A DNA stretch of 20,000 nucleotides from the IMG/VR virus record IMGVR_UViG_3300014204_013755; one strand, written 5' to 3'. A program made the position numbers and the translations under genes. The notes under the pieces are model-generated. The model worked only from the letters and a program-made list of their open reading frames with translations, did no database searches and had not been told where the DNA came from. This stretch comes from an uncultured virus (IMG/VR IMGVR_UViG_3300014204_013755) (lineage: Duplodnaviria > Heunggongvirae > Uroviricota > Caudoviricetes). Below, one piece after another: positions 8,024-16,561 of the stretch; the first letter of the stretch is position 1; every line of letters begins with the position of its first letter.

Positions 8024-8626
8024 ATGGATATTAAACGGATAAATATAGGAAATGCAGTGTGGTCTGAAGAACTCGACCTCAATACTGGAAAATATAACAA
8101 AATTGTTGTTATAGTTGACCGACATATCCACTATTATATCTTGACTGGTAATTATTTAAATAAGTACACCGATATACCATTAACAGCATCCATATTAATG
8201 TTCAATCTTGGATTTGAACCATCACACAAAGTTGGTTTCAGGCGTTTTTATGATATTGGAAATTTAGTAGTGGAAGCATGTGAAGGTAACGATTTTCCAG
8301 TTTATTATCCAAAAGGAGAACTTCTTTGTTTTGCTCATTCGGTAAGTCATTTACAAAATCTTTACATGTTTTTAAGTGATAGTGAATTACCATTTAAAGA
8401 TTTAACTCACCAGATTGAAATAAATATCATTCCAATAAATTATGCTGATTTCGATTTAGTTGAAATTAAAAATGGTACACCACATTGTAAGAAGCATGGT
8501 GCTATGAATAAAATGAACACGCTTGAAGATGGTGGTGGTTACTGGAGATGTTTATCAGCTATAACGACACATAATGACACTGCTTGTAGAGCAGGTTGTT
8601 GTGAGATAAAAAAAAATAAAAACTAA
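8024..8626 (+). CDS. Bacteroidota-phage-type hypothetical protein with an added C-terminal Cys/His domain
   Basis: IPLT..IL...GF ... SVSHLQNLY..L...EL, then PHCKKHGAMNK...WRC...CRAGC. Confidence 0.7.
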   Translation: MDIKRINIGNAVWSEELDLNTGKYNKIVVIVDRHIHYYILTGNYLNKYTDIPLTASILMFNLGFEPSHKVGFRRFYDIGNLVVEACEGNDFPVYYPKGELLCFAHSVSHLQNLYMFLSDSELPFKDLTHQIEINIIPINYADFDLVEIKNGTPHCKKHGAMNKMNTLEDGGGYWRCLSAITTHNDTACRAGCCEIKKNKN

Positions 8627-8636
8627 AATTTATAAT

Positions 8637-8936
8637 ATGAAACCAATTAATCACAAAAATTTCATCTTGGCATTAGTATCATTATTAATACTAATAATAA
8701 TATTTTCTTGTAAAGAAGAAAATAAATCTTCTGAATTAATTGATATACCAGTACATCAATCAGATTTTGATTCGTTCCCTGTGATACAAAATCCAAATAT
8801 TGACATAACAAAGAACGAACCAAGGATAAAATTAATCGAAAAAAGAACTGTTCGAGATGAACCATCAACTTTTCTTTATGAAGTAGATGGTAAATTATTT
8901 TTTGTAGTTGGGTATGGTGGTGTATCTAAATTATAA
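8637..8936 (+). CDS. Putative lipoprotein
   Basis: Basic N-terminus, hydrophobic core, IFSC lipobox, followed by KEEN. Confidence 0.7.
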   Translation: MKPINHKNFILALVSLLILIIIFSCKEENKSSELIDIPVHQSDFDSFPVIQNPNIDITKNEPRIKLIEKRTVRDEPSTFLYEVDGKLFFVVGYGGVSKL

Positions 8937-8950
8937 CAAAAACAATTATC

Positions 8951-9433
8951 ATGAAAAAAATATCAGTAGAAAACTTCTCAGAGAATTTAAGACAAAAACT
9001 GTCTACGAAAATGTCTACAAAAATGTTGTCAGATGTACTTAATGATATTACATTATATTCAGATGAAGAATTAACAACATTATTTCTTATTTTATTGGAT
9101 GAATACCCACTTATTCATAAGAATGAAACAGTAAAAAAATTGACATATAAAAAGAATTTAGACCAAATTTTAAAGTCGGATAGTAGATTCTTAAAAATAA
9201 TTCGAGTTATTTTTTCCAAATATACTAAAGAACAAGATGAATTTGAAAAGGAAATTGAAACACGAATTAAAAAAATAAAAAACCCATCAATACAAAGAGC
9301 AAAAGCTATGAAATGGTGGAACAATTTGAGTGATGAAAAACAAACTGAGCTGAGTAAAAAAATAAATAGACCGAAAGAACTACCTCATCATATAATAGAA
9401 CAGTTATGGGTTGCAGAATTTAATTTCGATTAA
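8951..9433 (+). CDS. Hypothetical protein
   Basis: 160-aa ORF; C-terminal AMKWWNNLS..KQ motif. Confidence 0.75.
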   Translation: MKKISVENFSENLRQKLSTKMSTKMLSDVLNDITLYSDEELTTLFLILLDEYPLIHKNETVKKLTYKKNLDQILKSDSRFLKIIRVIFSKYTKEQDEFEKEIETRIKKIKNPSIQRAKAMKWWNNLSDEKQTELSKKINRPKELPHHIIEQLWVAEFNFD

Positions 9434-9438
9434 ACATC

Positions 9439-9678
9439 ATGAAAAAAATATTATTAACCATACCATATTTTATACTTTGGATTTTTTATTTCTTCCTGAC
9501 ATTAAATGAAAGAGATAGATATATCGTGGCTAAATCAAAAGGTATGGCCTGTACAAATTCATATGATTCGAGTAGATTGGTTTATGGTACTACTACAACA
9601 TATGAATTTGACTCCAGTAAAAAACCCGAAAGAAATTTCTTAACTTGGAAACAATTCTGGGTAGCCAGAGGATATTAA
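9439..9678 (+). CDS. Small membrane-anchored protein
   Basis: N-terminal hydrophobic helix. Confidence 0.65.
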   Translation: MKKILLTIPYFILWIFYFFLTLNERDRYIVAKSKGMACTNSYDSSRLVYGTTTTYEFDSSKKPERNFLTWKQFWVARGY

Positions 9679-9707
9679 TAATAAAAATATAAAAATATAA
9701 AAATATT

Positions 9708-9929
9708 ATGATAAAAACAGGAAAAATTAATCAGATAACAGGTGATGAGATTCTACAAATTGAAGAATCCGATATCGATTTCTGGGATACAAACTGGGAA
9801 GAACTAACTCTTGAACAAAAAGCAGATATTTGTTCTTTGATTAAAGCACCATTTTTGGGAAAACAAAATGAAGATGCGATAAAAGGGTGGTATGAATATT
9901 ATAAGCTAAAAAATACTATGGAACTTTAA
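9708..9929 (+). CDS. Hypothetical protein
   Basis: 73-aa ORF. Confidence 0.7.
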   Translation: MIKTGKINQITGDEILQIEESDIDFWDTNWEELTLEQKADICSLIKAPFLGKQNEDAIKGWYEYYKLKNTMEL

Positions 9930-9938
9930 ACCATTATT

Positions 9939-10142
9939 ATGACCATAAAACATAAATGTGGTGATAAAACTGTTTCAAATACAGCCACCAGAAAAACAGA
10001 AAAACGTTCATCATATAGTGAACACGCTGCAATGCATTATGGTGGAGATGGTTGGTCTCATTGGGATGAAACCTCATATACTGTCGATAAATGTAAAAAA
10101 TGTGGTAAATTACATTATTTAAAAGAAACCGAATTATTATAA
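9939..10142 (+). CDS. Small Zn-ribbon-like protein
   Basis: HKC ... CKKCG. Confidence 0.65.
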   Translation: MTIKHKCGDKTVSNTATRKTEKRSSYSEHAAMHYGGDGWSHWDETSYTVDKCKKCGKLHYLKETELL

Positions 10143-10217
10143 TATATCATGACTGTTATTGTAACTTCTTTGATTGTTGAACATTTTAACAATAAAATAT
10201 CACTTATTTAGAAAAGT

Positions 10218-10481
10218 ATGAACCGAACCGAAGCACTTGAAGCAGCCATAAGTGGTAAAAAAATTACCCATAGATATTTTTTAGATTATGAATATCTTGA
10301 ATTTAAAGATGGTAAATTGATTACTGAAGATGGTTATGAATATGAGGAACGATTCCATAAATTTGATTATTTTGAAAGTGATTGGTCAATATTTAAAGAG
10401 TTTAATCTCGAATATTGTCCAGAATGTATTCAAATGACCAATCATCTGGATGGTGTGTGTCAGAAACATAATAAAGAATGA
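10218..10481 (+). CDS. DUF2829/Tad2-like small protein with C-terminal Zn knuckle
   Basis: MNRTEALEAAISGKKITH...SDWSIF, then CPECIQMTNH...CQKH. Confidence 0.5.
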   Translation: MNRTEALEAAISGKKITHRYFLDYEYLEFKDGKLITEDGYEYEERFHKFDYFESDWSIFKEFNLEYCPECIQMTNHLDGVCQKHNKE

Positions 10482-10482
10482 T

Positions 10483-10863
10483 ATGTTAATACCACTAACT
10501 GATAAAGAAATAGTTAGAAAATTAGAATTGGAATCAACTCCAATAAATAACAGAATGTTATTTGGGAATATTTTCGATTCTTACATGGCTGTTATATCAT
10601 GGTATCATACCCGTAATGATATTGATGCTAATTCTTCCATATATAAAAAATGGAATAAAATAACAGAACTTTTGGGATTTAAACCAATATTTCATCCAAC
10701 TTATACACATCGTAACGCTTTATGGTCTTTTATGTGGAAAGATGACCCAGTATTATTATACTATGATAAAAGAGGTATGAAAATTCAAGTTGGACAAAAA
10801 TTCAGAAAATCTGAGGCTATACCAATGCTTGAATATCTTAAAGATAAGTTAAATAAAAAATAA
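10483..10863 (+). CDS. Hypothetical protein (likely start 10483)
   Basis: ATG 1 nt after the upstream stop; ends just before a terminator. Confidence 0.7.
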   Translation: MLIPLTDKEIVRKLELESTPINNRMLFGNIFDSYMAVISWYHTRNDIDANSSIYKKWNKITELLGFKPIFHPTYTHRNALWSFMWKDDPVLLYYDKRGMKIQVGQKFRKSEAIPMLEYLKDKLNKK

Positions 10864-10868
10864 AAAAT

Positions 10869-10896
10869 AAAAACCTTCTTATTCGGAAGGGTTTTT
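10869..10896. terminator. Bidirectional intrinsic terminator between convergent gene blocks
   Basis: AAAAACCTTC-TTATTCG-GAAGGGTTTTT hairpin with A and T tracts on either side. Confidence 0.8.
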
Positions 10897-10913
10897 ATCT
10901 AACTACTTGGTTA

Positions 10914-13544
10914 TTAGGAACAACGACTCGAACCACAACTCATGCAAGTCATACACCCCTCTTTAAATTCAACATGTTCACTACCACATTCTTGACAAAC
11001 ACCTTTTACTTTTTCACCGTCTTTAATATATTTCTTAATAACTCTTGTGACCCCAGCTTTCCAAGTATTTAAATGGGCATCATTTAGGTTTAAAGAATTT
11101 ATTAATTCATAAACATATATCAAAGGCATTGCATGACGTAATAAACCACTCACCAATTTTGCATAATTCCAAAATTCGGGGTTAAAAGAATGATTTAATT
11201 CAAAAAATGTTTTCTTTTCACCATCTACATCAGTATATTCCATATCATAACGAGAAATCTTCTTACCATCTTCACCATCTATTTTACTCTTAATAACCTC
11301 ACATTCTTTAATAGTTGGTGATAGGGAAGACATTCCGTTTACAAGACGGCCAGTGAATAGTTCATATGGTCTACCATCTAATAAACCAACAACAGCAATC
11401 CATTTTTCAGAATCATTTTGAAAACGAATAATATCGGCTTTTAACCGTTTTGGTCTTTTAGGTGCATTGTGGTCTTTAAAAGCATCAAGTTTTTCTTTTT
11501 CTTTTTGTTCCTTTTTAGAAATTAAAACACCAGAACGAGAACCATCACGATAAACTGTTATACCTTTACATCCACTTGACCAGCCTCTTTCATATACCTT
11601 GGCTACAATTTCTTCAGTTGCATTACTTGGAAGATTAACTGTAACCGATATGGAATGGTCAACATATTTTTGTATACGACCCTGCATTTCAACTTTTTCA
11701 ACCCAGTCAACATCATTTGCAGTGGCTTTATAATATGGTGATTGTTTAACAATCTCATCTAATTGTTCTTTCTTCATATCTTTTACTGCTTCAATATCAA
11801 AACCATTTACGCCAAGCCACGTTTCAAATTTATGATGAAATACTGGATATTCTTGCCAAGCTACACCCTCATCGTCTGTGAAATCAACACGCACATTTTT
11901 TTCTTGTGAATTAATTTTTCGTCTTCTCATATAAACTGGTAGGAAACATGGTTCAATACCAGATGTTGTTTGGGTCATTAATGATACAGTCCCAGTTGGA
12001 GCAATTGTGAGTAGGGCAATGTTTCTACGACCATATTCAACCATTTCTTTATACAGCTCGGAATCTAAATTATAAATTCTGTTTATAAAGGGATTTTCTT
12101 TTTCTCTATTCCAATCATATATAGGAAATGCACCACGTTCTTTTGCCATAATCACGGATGAACGATATGATTCTAACATGAACTCTTTGTGAATAGTTTC
12201 CGAGAAATTGGTAGCATCTTTTGTACCATAAATATAACCTAAAGCTGCTAACATATCACCTTCTGCTGTTATACCATGACCAGTTCGTCTACCATTAATA
12301 GCCATTTTTCGAATATTTTCCCATAAATCCTTTTCAACCAGTTTTATTCTATCAGATTCAGAATCATTTTCGATTTTTTCTAATATTTGGTCTATTTTTT
12401 CTATTTCAAGGTCTACGATATCATCCATATATCTCTGACCCATCTGAACATGTTTTCTGAATAAATCCCAGTTAAAATATGCTTCCTTTGTGAATGGGTT
12501 TTCAACATAAGAATATAAATTCAATGCAAGTAACCTGCACGAATCGTAGGAATTCAATGGAATTTCACCACATGGATTCGTACTAACAGTCTTATAACCA
12601 AGGTCTTGATAACAATCTGGTATAGATTCACTGATTATATTATCCCAGAACAGAATGCCGGGTTCGGCTGATTTCCATGCATTAAATATAATTTTATTCC
12701 ATATTTTTTTAGCATCTACTTTTTTAATATACACAGTTTTCATACTACCATCTTCGTTATAAAACCCATGTTCTTCTAAAATATCGTATTTCATCTCTGA
12801 ACGATTAGTATATGTAGAGATGTCATAATTTATAGGAAATGTTTGATAATAATCTTCATTATTTATCACAGATTTCATAAATCCATTATCAATTTTAACT
12901 GATACGTTAGCGTTAGTTACTCTACCTGCTGTCATTTTAGCATCAATAAAACTCTCGGCATCGGGATGGTTTATTGATATACTAATCATTAATGCACCAC
13001 GTCTTCCATCTTGGGCGACTTCTTTAGTTGTATTCGAATAACGTTCCATGAATGGGACAACACCTGTTGAAGTCAATGCACTATTTTTAACTGGTGTTCC
13101 TTTTGGTCGGATATGAGATAAATCGTGACCAACACCACCACGTCTTTTCATTAATTGTATTTGTTGTTGGTCTACCATGCAGATAGAACCATAGGAATCA
13201 TGTGGATTTTCACCAATTACAAAACAATTACTTAAACTTACTATCTGTAAATTATTTCCAATCCCACTCATCGGGCCACCTTGCGGTATAATGAATTTGA
13301 AGTCTTTTATAGTATCATAAATTTCTTCTTCTGATATTGGATTTTTATATTTTTTTTCAATTCTTGCAAGTTCACTGGAAATCCTTCGATGCATATCATC
13401 TGGCGATTTTTCAAATATATTCCCATATGAATCTTTTAAACTATATTTATTTATCCACACTTCGGCTGCTAATTCATCACCTTTGAAATATTTTAATGAT
13501 TCCGTTAATACTTCTTCTCGTGAGTATATTTTCAATTTTGACAT
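10914..13544 (-). CDS. nrdJ: Class II (adenosylcobalamin-dependent) ribonucleotide reductase, Bacteroidota-like
   Basis: SNCF, RRGA, TNPCGEIPL, SCRL, TIAPTGT, GCKGITVYRDGSR, C-terminal Zn ribbon and C-terminal Cys pair; no intein seen. Confidence 0.95.
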   Translation of the reverse strand: MSKLKIYSREEVLTESLKYFKGDELAAEVWINKYSLKDSYGNIFEKSPDDMHRRISSELARIEKKYKNPISEEEIYDTIKDFKFIIPQGGPMSGIGNNLQIVSLSNCFVIGENPHDSYGSICMVDQQQIQLMKRRGGVGHDLSHIRPKGTPVKNSALTSTGVVPFMERYSNTTKEVAQDGRRGALMISISINHPDAESFIDAKMTAGRVTNANVSVKIDNGFMKSVINNEDYYQTFPINYDISTYTNRSEMKYDILEEHGFYNEDGSMKTVYIKKVDAKKIWNKIIFNAWKSAEPGILFWDNIISESIPDCYQDLGYKTVSTNPCGEIPLNSYDSCRLLALNLYSYVENPFTKEAYFNWDLFRKHVQMGQRYMDDIVDLEIEKIDQILEKIENDSESDRIKLVEKDLWENIRKMAINGRRTGHGITAEGDMLAALGYIYGTKDATNFSETIHKEFMLESYRSSVIMAKERGAFPIYDWNREKENPFINRIYNLDSELYKEMVEYGRRNIALLTIAPTGTVSLMTQTTSGIEPCFLPVYMRRRKINSQEKNVRVDFTDDEGVAWQEYPVFHHKFETWLGVNGFDIEAVKDMKKEQLDEIVKQSPYYKATANDVDWVEKVEMQGRIQKYVDHSISVTVNLPSNATEEIVAKVYERGWSSGCKGITVYRDGSRSGVLISKKEQKEKEKLDAFKDHNAPKRPKRLKADIIRFQNDSEKWIAVVGLLDGRPYELFTGRLVNGMSSLSPTIKECEVIKSKIDGEDGKKISRYDMEYTDVDGEKKTFFELNHSFNPEFWNYAKLVSGLLRHAMPLIYVYELINSLNLNDAHLNTWKAGVTRVIKKYIKDGEKVKGVCQECGSEHVEFKEGCMTCMSCGSSRCS

Positions 13545-13574
13545 TTCTCATTTTCATAATTTTTTATATTTCGA

Positions 13575-14324
13575 TTAAACGAAATTTATGTTATCTAAAT
13601 TCTTTAAATAACCTTTGGATTTTAGTTCTCTGATTACGATTGTAGCATATTTTTTATCTAAAAGTTTGAATATATTAAAAATATTATCCGAAAAATAATA
13701 AGCAAGTTCTACAAACAATTCAGAATGGGTATACTTAATACTAAGATGTTCTAATAACAATCTATAATAATCATTAAAAGATTGTTTATTTGGTTTTCTT
13801 CGGTTGTTTTTAAAATCTAAATCAGTAAATTTTTCTAAAATTTCAAAAACATCATTAGAAAGATTTTTTTGATTCACATAATCTTCATTATTTCTGGATT
13901 CTTGTTCGAATAAACTACCAGATTCAATTTTATAATTTTTATTAATCGGATGGTCAGATGAATCTTCTTCACCTATTTCTACTTTATTCTCTTTACCTTT
14001 AAATATGGTATCTCTTTTCAGAGAGTGACGACCTTCACGCTTATGTTTATTATTATTAAAACGATATATAGCATTTAAATCACCATGTTTGTCAGAAGAA
14101 TTATTTTTATTTTCAGATTTTTCAGATTCATCTTCATCACCATCTTCATCATCTTCTACCGCTTCAATATATGGTTCATCATCATCGTCATCCTCATTAA
14201 AAGATTCATCAACGAATACATCTTTTCCTAAATTTATTTCATTGTATTCATCGACACCATCTTCATTTTCTAAAAACACTGAATTGTTATCTTCGGTTTT
14301 TATATTTTTATTTTTTTCATTCAT
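13575..14324 (-). CDS. Hypothetical protein with a highly acidic N-terminal region
   Basis: 249-aa ORF; D/E-rich first 70 aa, helical C-terminus. Confidence 0.8.
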   Translation of the reverse strand: MNEKNKNIKTEDNNSVFLENEDGVDEYNEINLGKDVFVDESFNEDDDDDEPYIEAVEDDEDGDEDESEKSENKNNSSDKHGDLNAIYRFNNNKHKREGRHSLKRDTIFKGKENKVEIGEEDSSDHPINKNYKIESGSLFEQESRNNEDYVNQKNLSNDVFEILEKFTDLDFKNNRRKPNKQSFNDYYRLLLEHLSIKYTHSELFVELAYYFSDNIFNIFKLLDKKYATIVIRELKSKGYLKNLDNINFV

Positions 14325-14343
14325 AAAATAAAAAATTTTTTTT

Positions 14344-15429
14344 TTATTCTACGACCAAAAGGTCGTTTTCCATTGTTAAGGTTTCAGGCTTAAAAGTAAA
14401 CTTCACCTGTTGTTCCTTACATTCACCATCTCTAAGCTTTAAATTTTTCAAACGATAAAGATTTTGTCTTTTCATTTCAGTCGTTCTAATAATAGCCCAG
14501 ACCGTATCAGCAGTTTCAACAATAGCTTTTGATTCTGGTACTGCATCCATTTTAATATCTGATGCACCCCACACTGCTCTATCTGTTTGTGTTGCAGTGA
14601 TAAATGTGGTGTTGTGTTTTCCAGCCAGATACCTCAAACCTTCTGCTATATGTTTTCCTTTTTGATATAAATTACCTTTAATATCTAATCCTTTTTCAAG
14701 ACTCATTATATTGAGATAATCAACAAGTACCATATCAACTTTAAATTGTTTATTATCTTGTAATTTCATTATGTAATTATCAATGTCAGTAACAGTACAA
14801 TCACTTGTGTTAAACTTTTTAACAAAAAGCTCACCTGCTTTACTATTGAATAAATTACTTGTGATTGCAGTATTTTTAAATGACTTCAATTTATTTAACA
14901 TATATTGTGTATCATTACTTTTTTCTTCATAGAGACTTGGTGGAATACCCAGAAGCATAGAACCCATTCTTTTGGTACATTTATATTCAGCCATCTCCAA
15001 TGTTAAAACTAAAGCATTCTTACCAGCTTTAATAGTATTTGAAGCAATATTGTGAAGCCACATAGAATTATGAGATAATATACCACTTGTATAATACCTA
15101 TGTTTATCATCTTTTATAGAAATATCAAACATATTAGAAATATTTTTTGTTTTATTAACATATAATATTTCACTTATACCATTTGTATTAATTATCTTAC
15201 TTCCCTTAATTAAATTTTCTACATATATTTCATTAAAATTTTCATCAAATAATATATGTTTATCTGCACATATCAATTCAAATCCATCGATTGTTTTTAA
15301 TTCCCATTCATCATATTCAATAGTTTTTCCAATTTGGTCGATATCAGACCAACCGTTATCAGTTTCTATTTGCCAATCATCAACATCAAAAACCTCTATA
15401 AATTTTTTATAAGTATTATCACTTAACAT
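14344..15429 (-). CDS. Split intein C-fragment (121 aa) fused to the C-terminal 240 aa of a gp41/DnaB-like replicative helicase
   Basis: Intein block B ICADKH, block F MFDI, block G GILSHN|S; extein has VLVDYLN (Walker B), ATQTDR, ESKAIVETAD, KLRDG. Confidence 0.92.
   Translation of the reverse strand: MLSDNTYKKFIEVFDVDDWQIETDNGWSDIDQIGKTIEYDEWELKTIDGFELICADKHILFDENFNEIYVENLIKGSKIINTNGISEILYVNKTKNISNMFDISIKDDKHRYYTSGILSHNSMWLHNIASNTIKAGKNALVLTLEMAEYKCTKRMGSMLLGIPPSLYEEKSNDTQYMLNKLKSFKNTAITSNLFNSKAGELFVKKFNTSDCTVTDIDNYIMKLQDNKQFKVDMVLVDYLNIMSLEKGLDIKGNLYQKGKHIAEGLRYLAGKHNTTFITATQTDRAVWGASDIKMDAVPESKAIVETADTVWAIIRTTEMKRQNLYRLKNLKLRDGECKEQQVKFTFKPETLTMENDLLVVE
15067..15429 (-). mobile_element. 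IntC half of an atypically split intein
   Basis: Has its own ATG and ends His-Asn before Ser+1 (codon 15064-15066). Confidence 0.9.
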
Positions 15430-15439
15430 ATAATAATTT

Positions 15440-16561
15440 TTATTTATTAATAAAATCTATACATTTTTGTATAGTTTTTTCCTTATTTTGTTTATATTCA
15501 TTTTCCCAAATTATTAAAATTTCATAACCACAATCTGTTATACAAGTTGTTTTTATATTATCAAATTTCCACACATCTTTTGCATACATCTGTTTATACT
15601 GATGAAAATAATCAGCTTTATATAATAAAGGATTGCAATGCCAATAATCACCATTAAATTCTATCACTTTTTTATTGTAAACAAAATCATATGAAAAAGT
15701 TTTTCCTATACTTTTAAATGTTCTATAATATTGTTTTTTACCATAATAAACATTATCATGTATATTTAATTTTTCAATTATATTTTCGAAAAGTTTGAGT
15801 TCATCTTTAGAATATAGTTCTTTTCTAAATTTAAGATAATCACCATTTTTATATTTATCTTCCATTAATTTAGACCAAGACCACTGTCTTTTATTAAAGA
15901 CATCTTCACCAATTTTATCACCATATTTTTCTATACATTTATCCAAAGAAAACGTTTTTTGTCTTTCAATTAATTTTTCTTTAGCTTCTTTTTCAGGATA
16001 ACCTTTTTTAAGCCAATAACCAATTTGGGTTGTTAATATATCTTTATATTTATCTGGGTTATTTTTTCTTTTAATTGTTGATTTATTATGAATCATATTC
16101 ATAATTTCAGACGATTTTTGAATAGATTCTTTTTCACCATAACCTCTTTTAATCCAATATTCCTTAGTTTGGTGTGATTTTTCTTTATGAAAATTTTCAT
16201 TTTCATTTAATTTAATATCTAATCCACTTTTTATTTCTTTACCTCTTTCTAAAGCTCTTTCATTCATTAATTTTATTGCTTCTTCTTTAGATATTTTATA
16301 TTTAGACATCAGAAATTGATAAGTACCAGTTGCTCTTGATTTACTTAAACAATCATTCGAATAACATAATGTGTGGTAACCTTTACTAATACTTAAAAAT
16401 TTGGCATCATCACCACATATATAACATTTACCCTCATTATCATTTTTTAAGTATTTATCATAATACTCTTTAAGATTTTCATTTGAATGAAATTTACTTA
16501 AATGTATTATCAACCCCTTTCTGGTTTGGAATTTTTTATTGCATATTTTACAAACCATCAT
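15440..16561 (-). CDS. Free-standing Vsr-like/DUF559-type homing endonuclease with N-terminal Zn fingers
   Basis: C2H2 CKIC...HLSKFH, CYIC...C...C, repeated YWxKxGY, C-terminal YDF...VIEFNGDYWH...D..K...GYEILIIWE. Confidence 0.85.
   Translation of the reverse strand: MMVCKICNKKFQTRKGLIIHLSKFHSNENLKEYYDKYLKNDNEGKCYICGDDAKFLSISKGYHTLCYSNDCLSKSRATGTYQFLMSKYKISKEEAIKLMNERALERGKEIKSGLDIKLNENENFHKEKSHQTKEYWIKRGYGEKESIQKSSEIMNMIHNKSTIKRKNNPDKYKDILTTQIGYWLKKGYPEKEAKEKLIERQKTFSLDKCIEKYGDKIGEDVFNKRQWSWSKLMEDKYKNGDYLKFRKELYSKDELKLFENIIEKLNIHDNVYYGKKQYYRTFKSIGKTFSYDFVYNKKVIEFNGDYWHCNPLLYKADYFHQYKQMYAKDVWKFDNIKTTCITDCGYEILIIWENEYKQNKEKTIQKCIDFINK

Noticed and set aside
9679..9707. Short tandem AAAAATAT-type repeat; also the ATGTCTAC-like duplication near 9000-9025
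   Set aside because: Low-complexity sequence expected in a very AT-rich genome
10914..13544. Intein or intron in nrdJ (and in uvsX)
   Set aside because: Motifs such as NPCGE and GDPQTGKS are contiguous and lengths are normal
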